This document shows, piece after piece, positions 23,798 through 32,000 of a stretch of DNA of 32,000 nucleotides (its first letter is position 1; each line of letters starts with the position of its first letter). Under the pieces are notes generated by a model. It saw only the letters and a list, made by a program, of their open reading frames with translations, was not told the DNA's origin and did no database searches. Both the position numbers and the translations under genes were made by a program. Source of the DNA: Candidatus Nanopusillus sp. (GTDB lineage Archaea; Nanobdellota; Nanobdellia; Nanobdellales; Nanobdellaceae); NCBI GenBank assembly GCA_046533775.1, contig JAWDOO010000002.1, positions 30,001 through 62,000 on the forward strand. The letters run 5' to 3'.

Positions 23798-25492
23798 TTA
23801 TCTTTTTTGGCTTTTATATAGTTCTATCAACCTATCAATGGTATCAGCATCCTCAACAGATTTATCAGGTCTAAGTCTAATAAACCTGGGAAACCTTAAT
23901 GCATAACCAGAAGAATATTTTGGACTTTTTTCTATTTCATCATACAATACTTCTATTACAATTTTTGGTTTAATCTTTACATATTTTCCACTCTGTTCTT
24001 CTATATAATCCTTTAACATTTCTGTCATCTCTTCAAATGTTATATCATCTGGACTTTCCTTTTTCTCTTTAAATCCACTCCCTACTTCTCCTACTTCCAA
24101 TAATTTTCCTGTTTTTTCATCTCTAACAGCAATCACAAAAGATGTTAACCATCCACTCCTCTTTCCCTCCCCCCATTCAGCACCAACAATTACAACATCC
24201 AAAGACTCTTTTACAGGTTTTAATTTGACCATATAACCAACCCTTCTTCCAGGATGATATGGTGCATCTAATTTTTTAAACATAACACCCTCTAGACCAT
24301 TACTAATTGCCTCTTCAAAAAATCTTTGAGCTTCTTCATCAGAAGATGTTACTATACTTTCTGATAATGATATTTTATTTATATCTTGCTTTACTATTGA
24401 TTCCAATATCTTCCTTCTTTCTTTAAATGGTGTATTTATTAAAGATTTTCCATCATAATAAATTATATCAAAAATTCTAACAACAACAGGTATTTCTTTA
24501 ACCATCTTTTCTATATCATATTTTCTTCTAATTCTTCTAGAAATCCTCTGAAATGGTAAATATTTTTTATTTTCTTTATCATATCCAACAATTTCCCCCT
24601 CTACTAAAAAATCCTTATCATTTGGAAAACATTCTTTAATATATTCTATTACATCTGGAAATTGCTTTGTTACATTTTCCAATCTCCTGGTCCATAAAGA
24701 TATTTGATCACCTTTTTTATGTATTTGAACCCTAAATCCATCATATTTATACTCAACTTGTGCAGGTCTTCCAACCACATCTAAAGCCTCTTTAGCACTT
24801 TCCGCTTTTATTGCTAACATTACTCTAATTGGATTTCCTAATATTGGTTCTAATTTAAATACAATATCTTTTCCCTTTTCTAAAATTTGCTTTACTAGTT
24901 CACCAAAATCATTTAAAATTGAATAAGCAATTTCTACATTTTCTGATGGTAAACCAAAGGCCATAGCTATAGAATCTATTATAATTCCTTCCCCAACCCC
25001 TATTTTTAAATCTTCTAATGTTAATCTTGCAATATATTTTGCTTCTATTGGTGATGATGAAATAAATAAATTAGCCAGATATTTAATCTTTTTATCTTGT
25101 GTCCCTTCTCCTTCCAATTCTCCTATAGTTCTAAAAGTATTATATACATCTTTTACGGTTAATTTCTTTGTAAATATTGATTTTTGTTTTTTTTCTGCTA
25201 CTAATTTTTCTGCAACCACTCCAAGATCTCCTGTTTTTACAAATAAACTTTCAATATAATCTTTATCATAACCTGTAGACAAAGATAAAGCTCTAATAGT
25301 AAATTTTTCAGCTATTCCTATATCTTTATCTTCCCAAGGATAAAAAATCATTCCCTGTAATAACATAAATGTCTCCTTTAAAGAATCTTTATCTATTTCT
25401 TTAATAAACCTTGCCAATATTTCTGTTTTTTGATTTTTCTCAGAAACAGATTCTAATTTTCTAAATACCTCAGCAAGCTTCGCAAACTCCAT
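23798..25492 (-). CDS. lig: ATP-dependent DNA ligase
   Basis: Adenylation motif I EYKYDGFRVQIH, LEGVMFKK, and an OB-fold C-terminus. Length 564 aa. Confidence 0.93.
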   Translation of the reverse strand: MEFAKLAEVFRKLESVSEKNQKTEILARFIKEIDKDSLKETFMLLQGMIFYPWEDKDIGIAEKFTIRALSLSTGYDKDYIESLFVKTGDLGVVAEKLVAEKKQKSIFTKKLTVKDVYNTFRTIGELEGEGTQDKKIKYLANLFISSSPIEAKYIARLTLEDLKIGVGEGIIIDSIAMAFGLPSENVEIAYSILNDFGELVKQILEKGKDIVFKLEPILGNPIRVMLAIKAESAKEALDVVGRPAQVEYKYDGFRVQIHKKGDQISLWTRRLENVTKQFPDVIEYIKECFPNDKDFLVEGEIVGYDKENKKYLPFQRISRRIRRKYDIEKMVKEIPVVVRIFDIIYYDGKSLINTPFKERRKILESIVKQDINKISLSESIVTSSDEEAQRFFEEAISNGLEGVMFKKLDAPYHPGRRVGYMVKLKPVKESLDVVIVGAEWGEGKRSGWLTSFVIAVRDEKTGKLLEVGEVGSGFKEKKESPDDITFEEMTEMLKDYIEEQSGKYVKIKPKIVIEVLYDEIEKSPKYSSGYALRFPRFIRLRPDKSVEDADTIDRLIELYKSQKR

Positions 25493-25522
25493 AAAAAATA
25501 TATAAAATTAAATTAAAAAAGT

Positions 25523-26608
25523 CTATTGTAGTACATCAATACCTAGATTTACATCCTTCCTTACTTTTGTTAATTCTCCAGATTCCCATTCTTCCTTCCA
25601 TTTTCCTAATATGTATGGACTCTTGACTCCAGATATAATTACTGTAACCTTTATCTTTCCTTTCATTTCTTCAGATTGCCTTGCACCCATTATTGTTAAT
25701 GCATCTTCTCCAAGATGTTGTTTTATATATTCCATTGCTTCATTTATTTCATTTAATGTCATGTCTGGTCCACCTTCAACGTGTACTAATGCACCAGCTG
25801 CACCATTATAATCAACATCCAATAATGGTAATTCTAATGCCCTCTTTGCTGCAGTTAATGCTCTCTTTTCATCATCTGCAATTCCAATACCTACTATTGA
25901 AGCTCCACCTACACCCAATACTGTTTTTACATCTGCGAAATCTAAGTTAATATATGAAGCTTTATCAAATGTTTCTACCAAACCTTTTATCATTTGTCCT
26001 ATTAAATTATTTGCATATCCAAATGCTTGTGTAAATGGTAAATTACCAGCATATTGTAATATTTTGTTGTTATCAATTAATATAACATTGTCTGCATATT
26101 TTCTTAATTGAGCTAAACCTTCTTCAGCTTTTTCTCTTCTTACTACACCTTCATTATAGAAAGGTAATGTTGCAACTGCTACTACAAGTGGTACTCCTAC
26201 TTCTTTTGCTACTTGCGCAACAATTGGTGCTGCTCCTGTACCAGTTCCTCCACCTAGACCCAATAATATCCAAACCATATCTGCACCTTCTAATAACTTT
26301 CTTAAATCTGATTGAGAAGCTCTTGCAGCATCCATTCCTTTTGATGGTAATCCTCCAGCACCCAATCCTCTTGTAACTTCTTTACCCAATAGAATCTTTT
26401 TATGGGCTTTAACTATCTTTAAATGAGCATAATCTGTATTTGCTGCAATTACTTCTGCACCTTTTATATTCATCTTATATAACCAATCTGCCATGTTACT
26501 TCCAGCCCCACCCACACCTATTATTTTTATTGTTGGCAACAATTTAAACTCCTCCCCTGGCGATACTCCTATTATTTCATCTTCCATTTTATTATTAATC
26601 TCTGCCAT
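25523..26608 (-). CDS. ftsZ: cell division GTPase FtsZ
   Basis: IGVGGAGSNM and the tubulin signature GLGGGTGTGAAPIVA. Confidence 0.95.
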   Translation of the reverse strand: MAEINNKMEDEIIGVSPGEEFKLLPTIKIIGVGGAGSNMADWLYKMNIKGAEVIAANTDYAHLKIVKAHKKILLGKEVTRGLGAGGLPSKGMDAARASQSDLRKLLEGADMVWILLGLGGGTGTGAAPIVAQVAKEVGVPLVVAVATLPFYNEGVVRREKAEEGLAQLRKYADNVILIDNNKILQYAGNLPFTQAFGYANNLIGQMIKGLVETFDKASYINLDFADVKTVLGVGGASIVGIGIADDEKRALTAAKRALELPLLDVDYNGAAGALVHVEGGPDMTLNEINEAMEYIKQHLGEDALTIMGARQSEEMKGKIKVTVIISGVKSPYILGKWKEEWESGELTKVRKDVNLGIDVLQ

Positions 26609-26863
26609 TTATAGTTATGGCATTTCATATATTAAAAATATTTCTATAAAAAAATAGTATTCTTTGAATATCTTAGTGAATTTTCATAAATTTAAGATGG
26701 TTTTTAACATAAAATACCGACATATATAAATTATATAAATATCAAACAAACTTTTTTGAATAATTAAAAAATCATGTTAAGATAATCATTAATAGATAAA
26801 CTTTTAAATATTATATAAATTATTGTCATTAAATAACTTATAAGATAATCAGAAAAAGTAAAA

Positions 26864-26871
26864 TTTATAAA
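26864..26871 (+). promoter_or_regulatory. TATA box (TTTATAAA) for ORF 26894
   Basis: 30 nt upstream of the ATG. Confidence 0.6.
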
Positions 26872-26893
26872 AATTATTATAACTATTATTATT

Positions 26894-27187
26894 ATGAAGT
26901 TAGAATCTACTCTACCAATGTTTATATTACCAGCATTAATTATAGCAGCATCAATAGTAGCTACCACACAATATTTATCAACAGATATTATTCATATGGA
27001 TTCAAATATTATAGCATATGCAGACTGTGCACAAAATATGATGAATTATGCATTTATTGGACAGGTTTATAATTTCTCCCAATGTTATTTAAATAGTATA
27101 AATCAAACATATGTAAATTGCTATTATAATTCAACAAACATTATATGCAATATAAATGGTACAAATTATAATTATCCATTGAAATAA
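26894..27187 (+). CDS. small Cys-rich secreted/membrane-anchored protein (97 aa)
   Basis: N-terminal hydrophobic segment LPMFILPALIIAASIVA, 5 Cys, and 4 N-x-S/T sequons. Canonical TTTATAAA box at 26864-26871, exactly 30 nt upstream. Confidence 0.6.
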   Translation: MKLESTLPMFILPALIIAASIVATTQYLSTDIIHMDSNIIAYADCAQNMMNYAFIGQVYNFSQCYLNSINQTYVNCYYNSTNIICNINGTNYNYPLK

Positions 27188-27247
27188 TTTTTGTTAAATT
27201 TTTTCTTTATAATAAAGGTTAAAATATTTTTTTACATAAAATCTTTT

Positions 27248-28522
27248 ATGAAATATGCAAAGATAAAAACAAAAGATAATAAAGTATTTGAGGGTTATTT
27301 AGTAAATGAAACATCAGAATTTATAATAATAAAATTAAAAAATGGCTATAACATTGGGATAAGAAATGATGATATTTTAGAAATAAATAAAGAAGAAATA
27401 GAATCGAAATATGAAAATATAGAATATAAAAAGTTAGAAAGTAGAAATAACAAAATATCAATATTAGCCACTGGTGGTACAATATTATCAAAAATAGATT
27501 ATAGAACTGGAGGAGTCCATATGTTAACTAAACCTGAAGAATTAATAGCTCTTGTACCAGATCTATTAGATTATGTTGAAATTAAAAATATAGAAATTCC
27601 ATTTTCAATTGCTTCAGAAGATATGATACCAGATAATTGGATAGAAATTGGAAAAATATTAGTAAGATTACTAAATGATGATGTAAATGGAGTAACAATA
27701 TTACATGGAACTGATACAATGCATTATACATCAGCAGCATTATCCTTTATTATAAAAAATCTAAACAAACCAGTTTCAATTACAGGATCTCAAAGATCTT
27801 CAGATAGACCATCTTCAGATGCATTTTTCAATTTATTATCCTCTGCAGTTTATGATAATTCTGATATAGCAGAAATAGCAATTGTAATGCACGGAAGTAG
27901 TTCCGATATTTTTGCATATGCACATAGGGGAACAAAGGTTAGAAAAATGCATACAGAAAGAAGGGATGCTTTTCAATCAATAAATTCTTTACCATTGGCA
28001 AGAATATTTCCATATAATAAAAAGATAGAGATAATTGATAATAATTATAGAAAAAGAAATAATAATAATCCTTATTTAGATGATAAAATATGTAAAAAAG
28101 TTGCATTAATAAAAACATATCCAGGTTCAGATCCAGATATAATAAAATATTATGTAGATAAAAATTACAAGGGAATTGTAATAGAAGGAACTGGCTTTGG
28201 ACATGTACCAACAAATCCAACAGATAAAAAATATTCGTGGATTGAAAATATAAAATATGGAATAGAAAGAGGTACAATATTTGTTATGACATCTCAAACA
28301 ATATTTGGAAGAACAAATCCATTTGTATATAGTAATGCAAGATTATTATATAATTTAGGAGTTATATATGCAGAAGATATGCATCCAGAGACTGCATATG
28401 TAAAATTAATGTATGTTTTGGGACATACAGAAAATTATGATGAAGTCAAAAAAATGTTCCTAACAAACATTGCTGGAGAAATAAATGAAAAAAGTTCTTA
28501 TGAATTTTTTAATAAAGAATAA
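27248..28522 (+). CDS. gatD: Glu-tRNA(Gln) amidotransferase subunit D
   Basis: GatD N-domain (FEGYLVNE ... IKLKNGYNIG) plus asparaginase-like core ILATGGTI and HGTDTMHYTSAALSF. Start moved to ATG 27248; the tracked ORF begins at a TTG in an F/I/K-rich leader. Confidence 0.9.
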   Translation: MKYAKIKTKDNKVFEGYLVNETSEFIIIKLKNGYNIGIRNDDILEINKEEIESKYENIEYKKLESRNNKISILATGGTILSKIDYRTGGVHMLTKPEELIALVPDLLDYVEIKNIEIPFSIASEDMIPDNWIEIGKILVRLLNDDVNGVTILHGTDTMHYTSAALSFIIKNLNKPVSITGSQRSSDRPSSDAFFNLLSSAVYDNSDIAEIAIVMHGSSSDIFAYAHRGTKVRKMHTERRDAFQSINSLPLARIFPYNKKIEIIDNNYRKRNNNNPYLDDKICKKVALIKTYPGSDPDIIKYYVDKNYKGIVIEGTGFGHVPTNPTDKKYSWIENIKYGIERGTIFVMTSQTIFGRTNPFVYSNARLLYNLGVIYAEDMHPETAYVKLMYVLGHTENYDEVKKMFLTNIAGEINEKSSYEFFNKE

Positions 28523-28525
28523 TTT

Positions 28526-28855
28526 TTAATGTACAAAAGATCCTTCTTTTATATCTCTATCAACAGTTAATAATGATAAATTACCATTTCCATCCTCCGC
28601 AGCTAAAAGCATTCCCTGAGATTCTACTCCCCTAAAACTTTTTGGTTGTAAATTATAAACAATTATTATTTTTTTATTTAATAATTCTTCCTTTTTATAC
28701 CATTGTTTTATTCCAGATACAATTTGTCTTACTTCATTTCCCAAATCAACTTTTAATATATATAATCTATCCGCATTCGGATGATCTTGCACATCTATAA
28801 CTTTTCCAACAACTAATTTTATTTTTAAAAATTCATCTATTGTTATAAGATCCAT
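28526..28855 (-). CDS. tRNA-binding domain protein (Trbp111/CsaA/MetRS-C-like)
   Basis: VGKVIDVQDHPNADRLYILKVDLG ... QIVSGI ... ESQGMLLAAED. Confidence 0.85.
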   Translation of the reverse strand: MDLITIDEFLKIKLVVGKVIDVQDHPNADRLYILKVDLGNEVRQIVSGIKQWYKKEELLNKKIIIVYNLQPKSFRGVESQGMLLAAEDGNGNLSLLTVDRDIKEGSFVH

Positions 28856-28883
28856 TTTAAAATTTTTTATTTAAATTTTATAA

Positions 28884-29825
28884 ATGGATCCTGTGAAAGA
28901 TTTAAAGATAAATAAAGATATGAAAATAAAAGATCTAATTGAGCAATTTAAATATATAGGAGGATTTCAAGCACAAGAATTATATAGAGGATATGAAATA
29001 TTAAAAGAAATGCTAAATGATAAGAATACAATCAAAGTATTAAGTTTTCCTGCAGATATTATTGCAACTGGAATAAGAGGTATAATTAAAGATATTATTA
29101 AAAATAAGTTATTTGACATAGTTATTACAACAACAGGAACATTAGATCATGATATTGCAAGATTAACAAAGGATTATTATCTAGGATATTTTGATTCTGA
29201 CGATATAAAATTAAGAGAAGAAGGAATATTGAGATTAGGAAATATTTATATACCGGAAGAAAATTATGGTATAGCGATTGAAAATACTTTAAGACCAATT
29301 TTAGATGATATATTTAGAGAATTAAAGAATAAAAATAAGAATTTAATATCCACTCATGAATTAATATTTGAAATAGGAAAAAGATTAGAAAAATTTGATA
29401 AAAAGGAAGAAAGTATAATATATTGGTCATATAAAAATAATATACCAATAATTGTACCTGGAATTACAGATGGTGCAGTTGGAACACAGATATTAATGAA
29501 AGAATATGATTATCCAGAAATACAAGTATCTGTATGGGAGGATGAAAAATTTTTAGCATCAAAATTTTTTGGAGAAAAAAAGGTGGGAGCATTGATTTTG
29601 GGGGGAGGAATATCAAAACATCATACAATATGGTGGGCTCAATTCTCTGGAGGATTGGAATATGCAATATATATTAGTTCTGCAAATGAATTAGATGGAA
29701 GTTTATCTGGAGCAAAAACAAAAGAAGCAATAACATGGAAAAAAATTAGAAAAAATGCAAAACATGTAAATATATGGGGTGATATAACAATTATATTACC
29801 GATAATTATATCTGAATTTTTATAA
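28884..29825 (+). CDS. dys: deoxyhypusine synthase
   Basis: GGGISKHH ... ELDGSLSGAKTKEAITWKKI (DHS C-terminal signature). Length 313 aa. Confidence 0.9.
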   Translation: MDPVKDLKINKDMKIKDLIEQFKYIGGFQAQELYRGYEILKEMLNDKNTIKVLSFPADIIATGIRGIIKDIIKNKLFDIVITTTGTLDHDIARLTKDYYLGYFDSDDIKLREEGILRLGNIYIPEENYGIAIENTLRPILDDIFRELKNKNKNLISTHELIFEIGKRLEKFDKKEESIIYWSYKNNIPIIVPGITDGAVGTQILMKEYDYPEIQVSVWEDEKFLASKFFGEKKVGALILGGGISKHHTIWWAQFSGGLEYAIYISSANELDGSLSGAKTKEAITWKKIRKNAKHVNIWGDITIILPIIISEFL

Positions 29826-29880
29826 TCTGAATACCCTCTTTTCATCATCTTTCAGTCGACATCGATTTCTTCATATATAT
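29821..29880 (-). ncRNA. C/D box sRNA candidate 1
   Basis: On the minus strand: C AUGAAGA 29874-29868, 12-nt guide AAUCGAUGUCGA, D' CUGA 29855-29852, 3-nt spacer, C' AUGAUGA 29848-29842, 12-nt guide AAAGAGGGUAUU, D CAGA 29829-29826. TTATATAA box at 29898-29905 is placed to start transcription a few nt before the C box. Confidence 0.55.
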
Positions 29881-29897
29881 TTTTATAATTTCAAAAA

Positions 29898-29905
29898 TTA
29901 TATAA
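29898..29905 (-). promoter_or_regulatory. TATA box (TTATATAA) upstream of C/D sRNA candidate 1
   Basis: Palindromic box whose distal end is 31 nt from the first C-box nucleotide (29874). Confidence 0.45.
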
Positions 29906-29964
29906 TTATTATCGCACCTCCTAATCAATGAGGGATTCCGAGTATGAAGCTGGTGATACCGCGG

Positions 29965-30699
29965 TTAGAGAAAAAAAGCCCTTATTTTTCCTTTTTGCCA
30001 ATCATATAATATAATCTTTGAAACCCTCTTTATCCAATCAGAATCACTCTTTATATTATATTTTTCCCTTAATTTAATAAATAAATCTCTTATATTTTCT
30101 ACATTTATATTATAATATTCTTCAAATGGTTTTTTACCTATCTTTTTATATAAATAAAAAACTGCCTTTTCTGGATATTCTAATTTATCTATATCATATG
30201 CTCCCAAAATTGATAATAAATATTTATTTTTTGTTTCAACAATACCTGGAGAATCAATTAAATAATATTTTCTAGATAGTTTAATTATTTGTAAATGCTT
30301 TGTAAATCCTGGTTTTGGAGAAGTACCAGCACTTCTCCTTCCAACTAAAATATTTACTATTGAAGATTTTCCAGTATTTGGATATCCAAATACTCCAATA
30401 TATGCCTTTTCATATTTCTTTCCAACTTTTTTTATTGCTTCTCTTAATTTTCTACTTCCTTTTCTATATATTGCCGACATATATACTGTTATATATTCTT
30501 TACTAAATTCTTCTATTACTTTCTTTAAAAAATCTTTACTTACCAAATCAGATTTATTTAAAACTAATATTAGGTCCTTATTTTTATTTTTTATATATTT
30601 TTCTATATATTTTATTCTACATAATTTTGGAAACCTTGCATCCAATATTTCAAGCAATATATTAGATTTATTTATTAATTCTTTTATTTTAATATCCAT
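29965..30699 (-). CDS. circularly permuted GTPase (YlqF/RbgA/YawG family, ribosome biogenesis)
   Basis: G4 LNKSDL precedes G1 GYPNTGKSS and G3 DSPG, i.e. a permuted motif order. Confidence 0.85.
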   Translation of the reverse strand: MDIKIKELINKSNILLEILDARFPKLCRIKYIEKYIKNKNKDLILVLNKSDLVSKDFLKKVIEEFSKEYITVYMSAIYRKGSRKLREAIKKVGKKYEKAYIGVFGYPNTGKSSIVNILVGRRSAGTSPKPGFTKHLQIIKLSRKYYLIDSPGIVETKNKYLLSILGAYDIDKLEYPEKAVFYLYKKIGKKPFEEYYNINVENIRDLFIKLREKYNIKSDSDWIKRVSKIILYDWQKGKIRAFFL

Positions 30700-30757
30700 A
30701 ATTAAAATATTTTAGAAATATAAAATAATATATTTTTTTAAAAATTGTTGATATAAA

Positions 30758-30765
30758 TTTATAAA
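30758..30765 (+). promoter_or_regulatory. TATA box (TTTATAAA) for ORF 30788
   Basis: 30 nt upstream of the ATG. Confidence 0.6.
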
Positions 30766-30787
30766 TTAATTTAAACAATAATAATAT

Positions 30788-30982
30788 ATGGCAGCTAGAC
30801 AAAGAAAAACATTAAAAGAACTTTTATTGGAATTATTAAAAACTCCAAAAACCATTGATGAAGTAATAAAAGCTGTAAAATCTAAAAGACCAAGAACAAG
30901 AGTTAGGGTTATAAAAGCATTAGTATCAAGATTATTAAGGGAAGGATCAATAAAGAAAGTAGGAGATAAATTACAAGCATAA
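30788..30982 (+). CDS. small basic protein, possible winged-helix DNA binding (64 aa)
   Basis: K/R-rich helical sequence. TTTATAAA box at 30758-30765 (30 nt upstream). Function not established. Confidence 0.5.
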   Translation: MAARQRKTLKELLLELLKTPKTIDEVIKAVKSKRPRTRVRVIKALVSRLLREGSIKKVGDKLQA

Positions 30983-31195
30983 AAAATTTAGAGTTTTTAT
31001 TTATTTTAAATTTTTAAAAAATAAGGTAGTAGATTCTTTTCTTCTAATATATCTGCTAACCATTTTAAATCAAATTTTCTAACTTTTCAATTGTAGGTCA
31101 TTTACTAATTGCTTCAATATTTTTTGCATCGTCTTTCCCTACAATTGATGATATTTAATATTTTAAATTATGTTTGATAAAATAATAGAATTATT

Positions 31196-31203
31196 TTTAT
31201 AAA
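31196..31203 (+). promoter_or_regulatory. TATA box (TTTATAAA) for AAA+ ATPase gene
   Basis: 32 nt upstream of ATG 31228. Confidence 0.6.
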
Positions 31204-31227
31204 GAATGAAAAAATAATAGAGTTATT

Positions 31228-32000
31228 ATGAAATATATAAATAGAGAAATAGAAGAGAAAATAAATAAACTTATTGGAAGAAAAGAAATAATTGGAATAA
31301 GAGGACCTAGACAAGCTGGGAAAACAACATTATTAAAGAATATTTATGAAAAAATCAATGAAAATAAGGTATATATTGATATGTATATAGATGAATATAG
31401 AAAAAATTTTGAAGAAAATTATATGGATTTTATTAAAAGATATAAAGATGAAAAGAAATTGTTTCTTTTTTTAGATGAGATTCAAAAATTAAAGGATGGT
31501 GGAAAAATATTAAAAATAATATATGATAATTTTAATGATATTAAAATTTTTATATCTGGATCTTCTACATTAGAAATTAATACAAAAATACTTCCAGATT
31601 TAGTTGGAAGATTAATATTATTTACTTTATATCCTTTTAATTTTTATGAATTTTTATTATCAAAAGATAAGGGACTTGCAAATTTAGTAAAAGAAAAAAG
31701 AGAGTCTTTAAGAGGATTTTTAGAAAATGATAATGAAATTAAAAAACCATCTTTTAATGAAGAAATAGTAAAATATCTAAAAGAATATTTAATATACGGA
31801 GGATATCCTGAAATTGCTATAGCGAAAGATTTTGAAGAAAAGAAGATATTATTAAAAAATTTGTATAATTTATATATTGAAAAAGATATTGTAAATTTCT
31901 TCCATATCTATGATTCTTCAAAATTTATAGATCTTACTAAATATTTATCCTTCATAATAGGAAATATTCTAGATATTTCTTTAATTTCTAAAGAATTAAA
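31228..32000 (+). CDS. AAA+ ATPase, COG1373/DUF4143-type (partial, runs off the window)
   Basis: Own translation: MKYINREIEEKINKLIGRKEIIGIRGPRQAGKTTLLKNIY ... LFLFLDEIQK (Walker A and B). Open to the window end. TTTATAAA box at 31196-31203. Confidence 0.8.
   Translation, partial: MKYINREIEEKINKLIGRKEIIGIRGPRQAGKTTLLKNIYEKINENKVYIDMYIDEYRKNFEENYMDFIKRYKDEKKLFLFLDEIQKLKDGGKILKIIYDNFNDIKIFISGSSTLEINTKILPDLVGRLILFTLYPFNFYEFLLSKDKGLANLVKEKRESLRGFLENDNEIKKPSFNEEIVKYLKEYLIYGGYPEIAIAKDFEEKKILLKNLYNLYIEKDIVNFFHIYDSSKFIDLTKYLSFIIGNILDISLISKEL

Noticed and set aside
27191-27247. TTG-initiated 19-codon leader on gatD.
   Set aside because: It encodes an F/I/K-rich translation of promoter-like AT-rich DNA. 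GatD homology begins at the ATG at 27248.
29906-29964. 16S rRNA-like strings (CACCTCCT on +, CCGCGGTA on -) suggesting an rRNA fragment, and a possible split tRNA half.
   Set aside because: The matches are only 8 nt, lie on opposite strands and have no flanking rRNA similarity. No D-arm, T-arm (GTTCRAATC) or acceptor-like segment could be found, so neither an rRNA piece nor a nanoarchaeal tRNA half is supported.
1-32000. Search for CRISPR arrays, rRNA genes, transposases or integrases, and recognisable defence systems.
   Set aside because: I found no regularly spaced direct repeats of 24-40 nt, no long GC-rich rRNA-like blocks, and no ORF with DDE, tyrosine-recombinase or Cas-like motifs. 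The COG1373-type AAA+ ATPase at the window end is alone and truncated by the window.

Overview
Very AT-rich, extremely gene-dense archaeal chromosome segment. It holds about 40 genes, many abutting or overlapping by 1-4 nt. Most look leaderless, with a TTTATAAA-type TATA box whose first T lies about 30 nt upstream of the ATG. Content is mostly housekeeping. Information processing: FtsZ, ATP-dependent DNA ligase, a stand-alone topoisomerase half of reverse gyrase, aEF-1beta with its Zn-ribbon partner, L7Ae, a TRAM protein, GatD, deoxyhypusine synthase, Taw1 radical-SAM enzyme, a Trm10-like SPOUT protein, a circularly permuted GTPase and a Trbp111-like tRNA-binding protein. Metabolism and transport: PEP synthase, SufS-type cysteine desulfurase, an ADP-forming acyl-CoA synthetase alpha chain present as two ORFs, nitroreductase, a GT4 glycosyltransferase and an MFS transporter. 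Also present are TrmB-type and small HTH regulators, a class-III-signal pilin and a T2SS-F-domain membrane protein. There are three GC-rich tRNAs: Arg-CCT, Gln-CTG and an atypical Val-CAC. The split reverse gyrase, GC-rich RNA genes in an AT-rich background and purine-initiated tRNAs with promoters at a fixed distance suggest a hyperthermophilic, reduced-genome Nanoarchaeota/DPANN-like archaeon; this is inference only. No CRISPR array, rRNA, transposase or integrase was seen. The most notable signals not explained by the ORF track are listed in the findings. They include two C/D box sRNA candidates with identical architecture and a shared non-canonical xUGAAGA C box, and an operator-like repeat array with a 16-bp palindrome upstream of the HTH-acd operon. 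They also include two homopolymer frameshifts, a pair of minimal zincin genes sharing an upstream TTAGGCTAG motif, two GC-rich intergenic islands, and a compositionally distinct orphan protein with a Q/P-rich tail.
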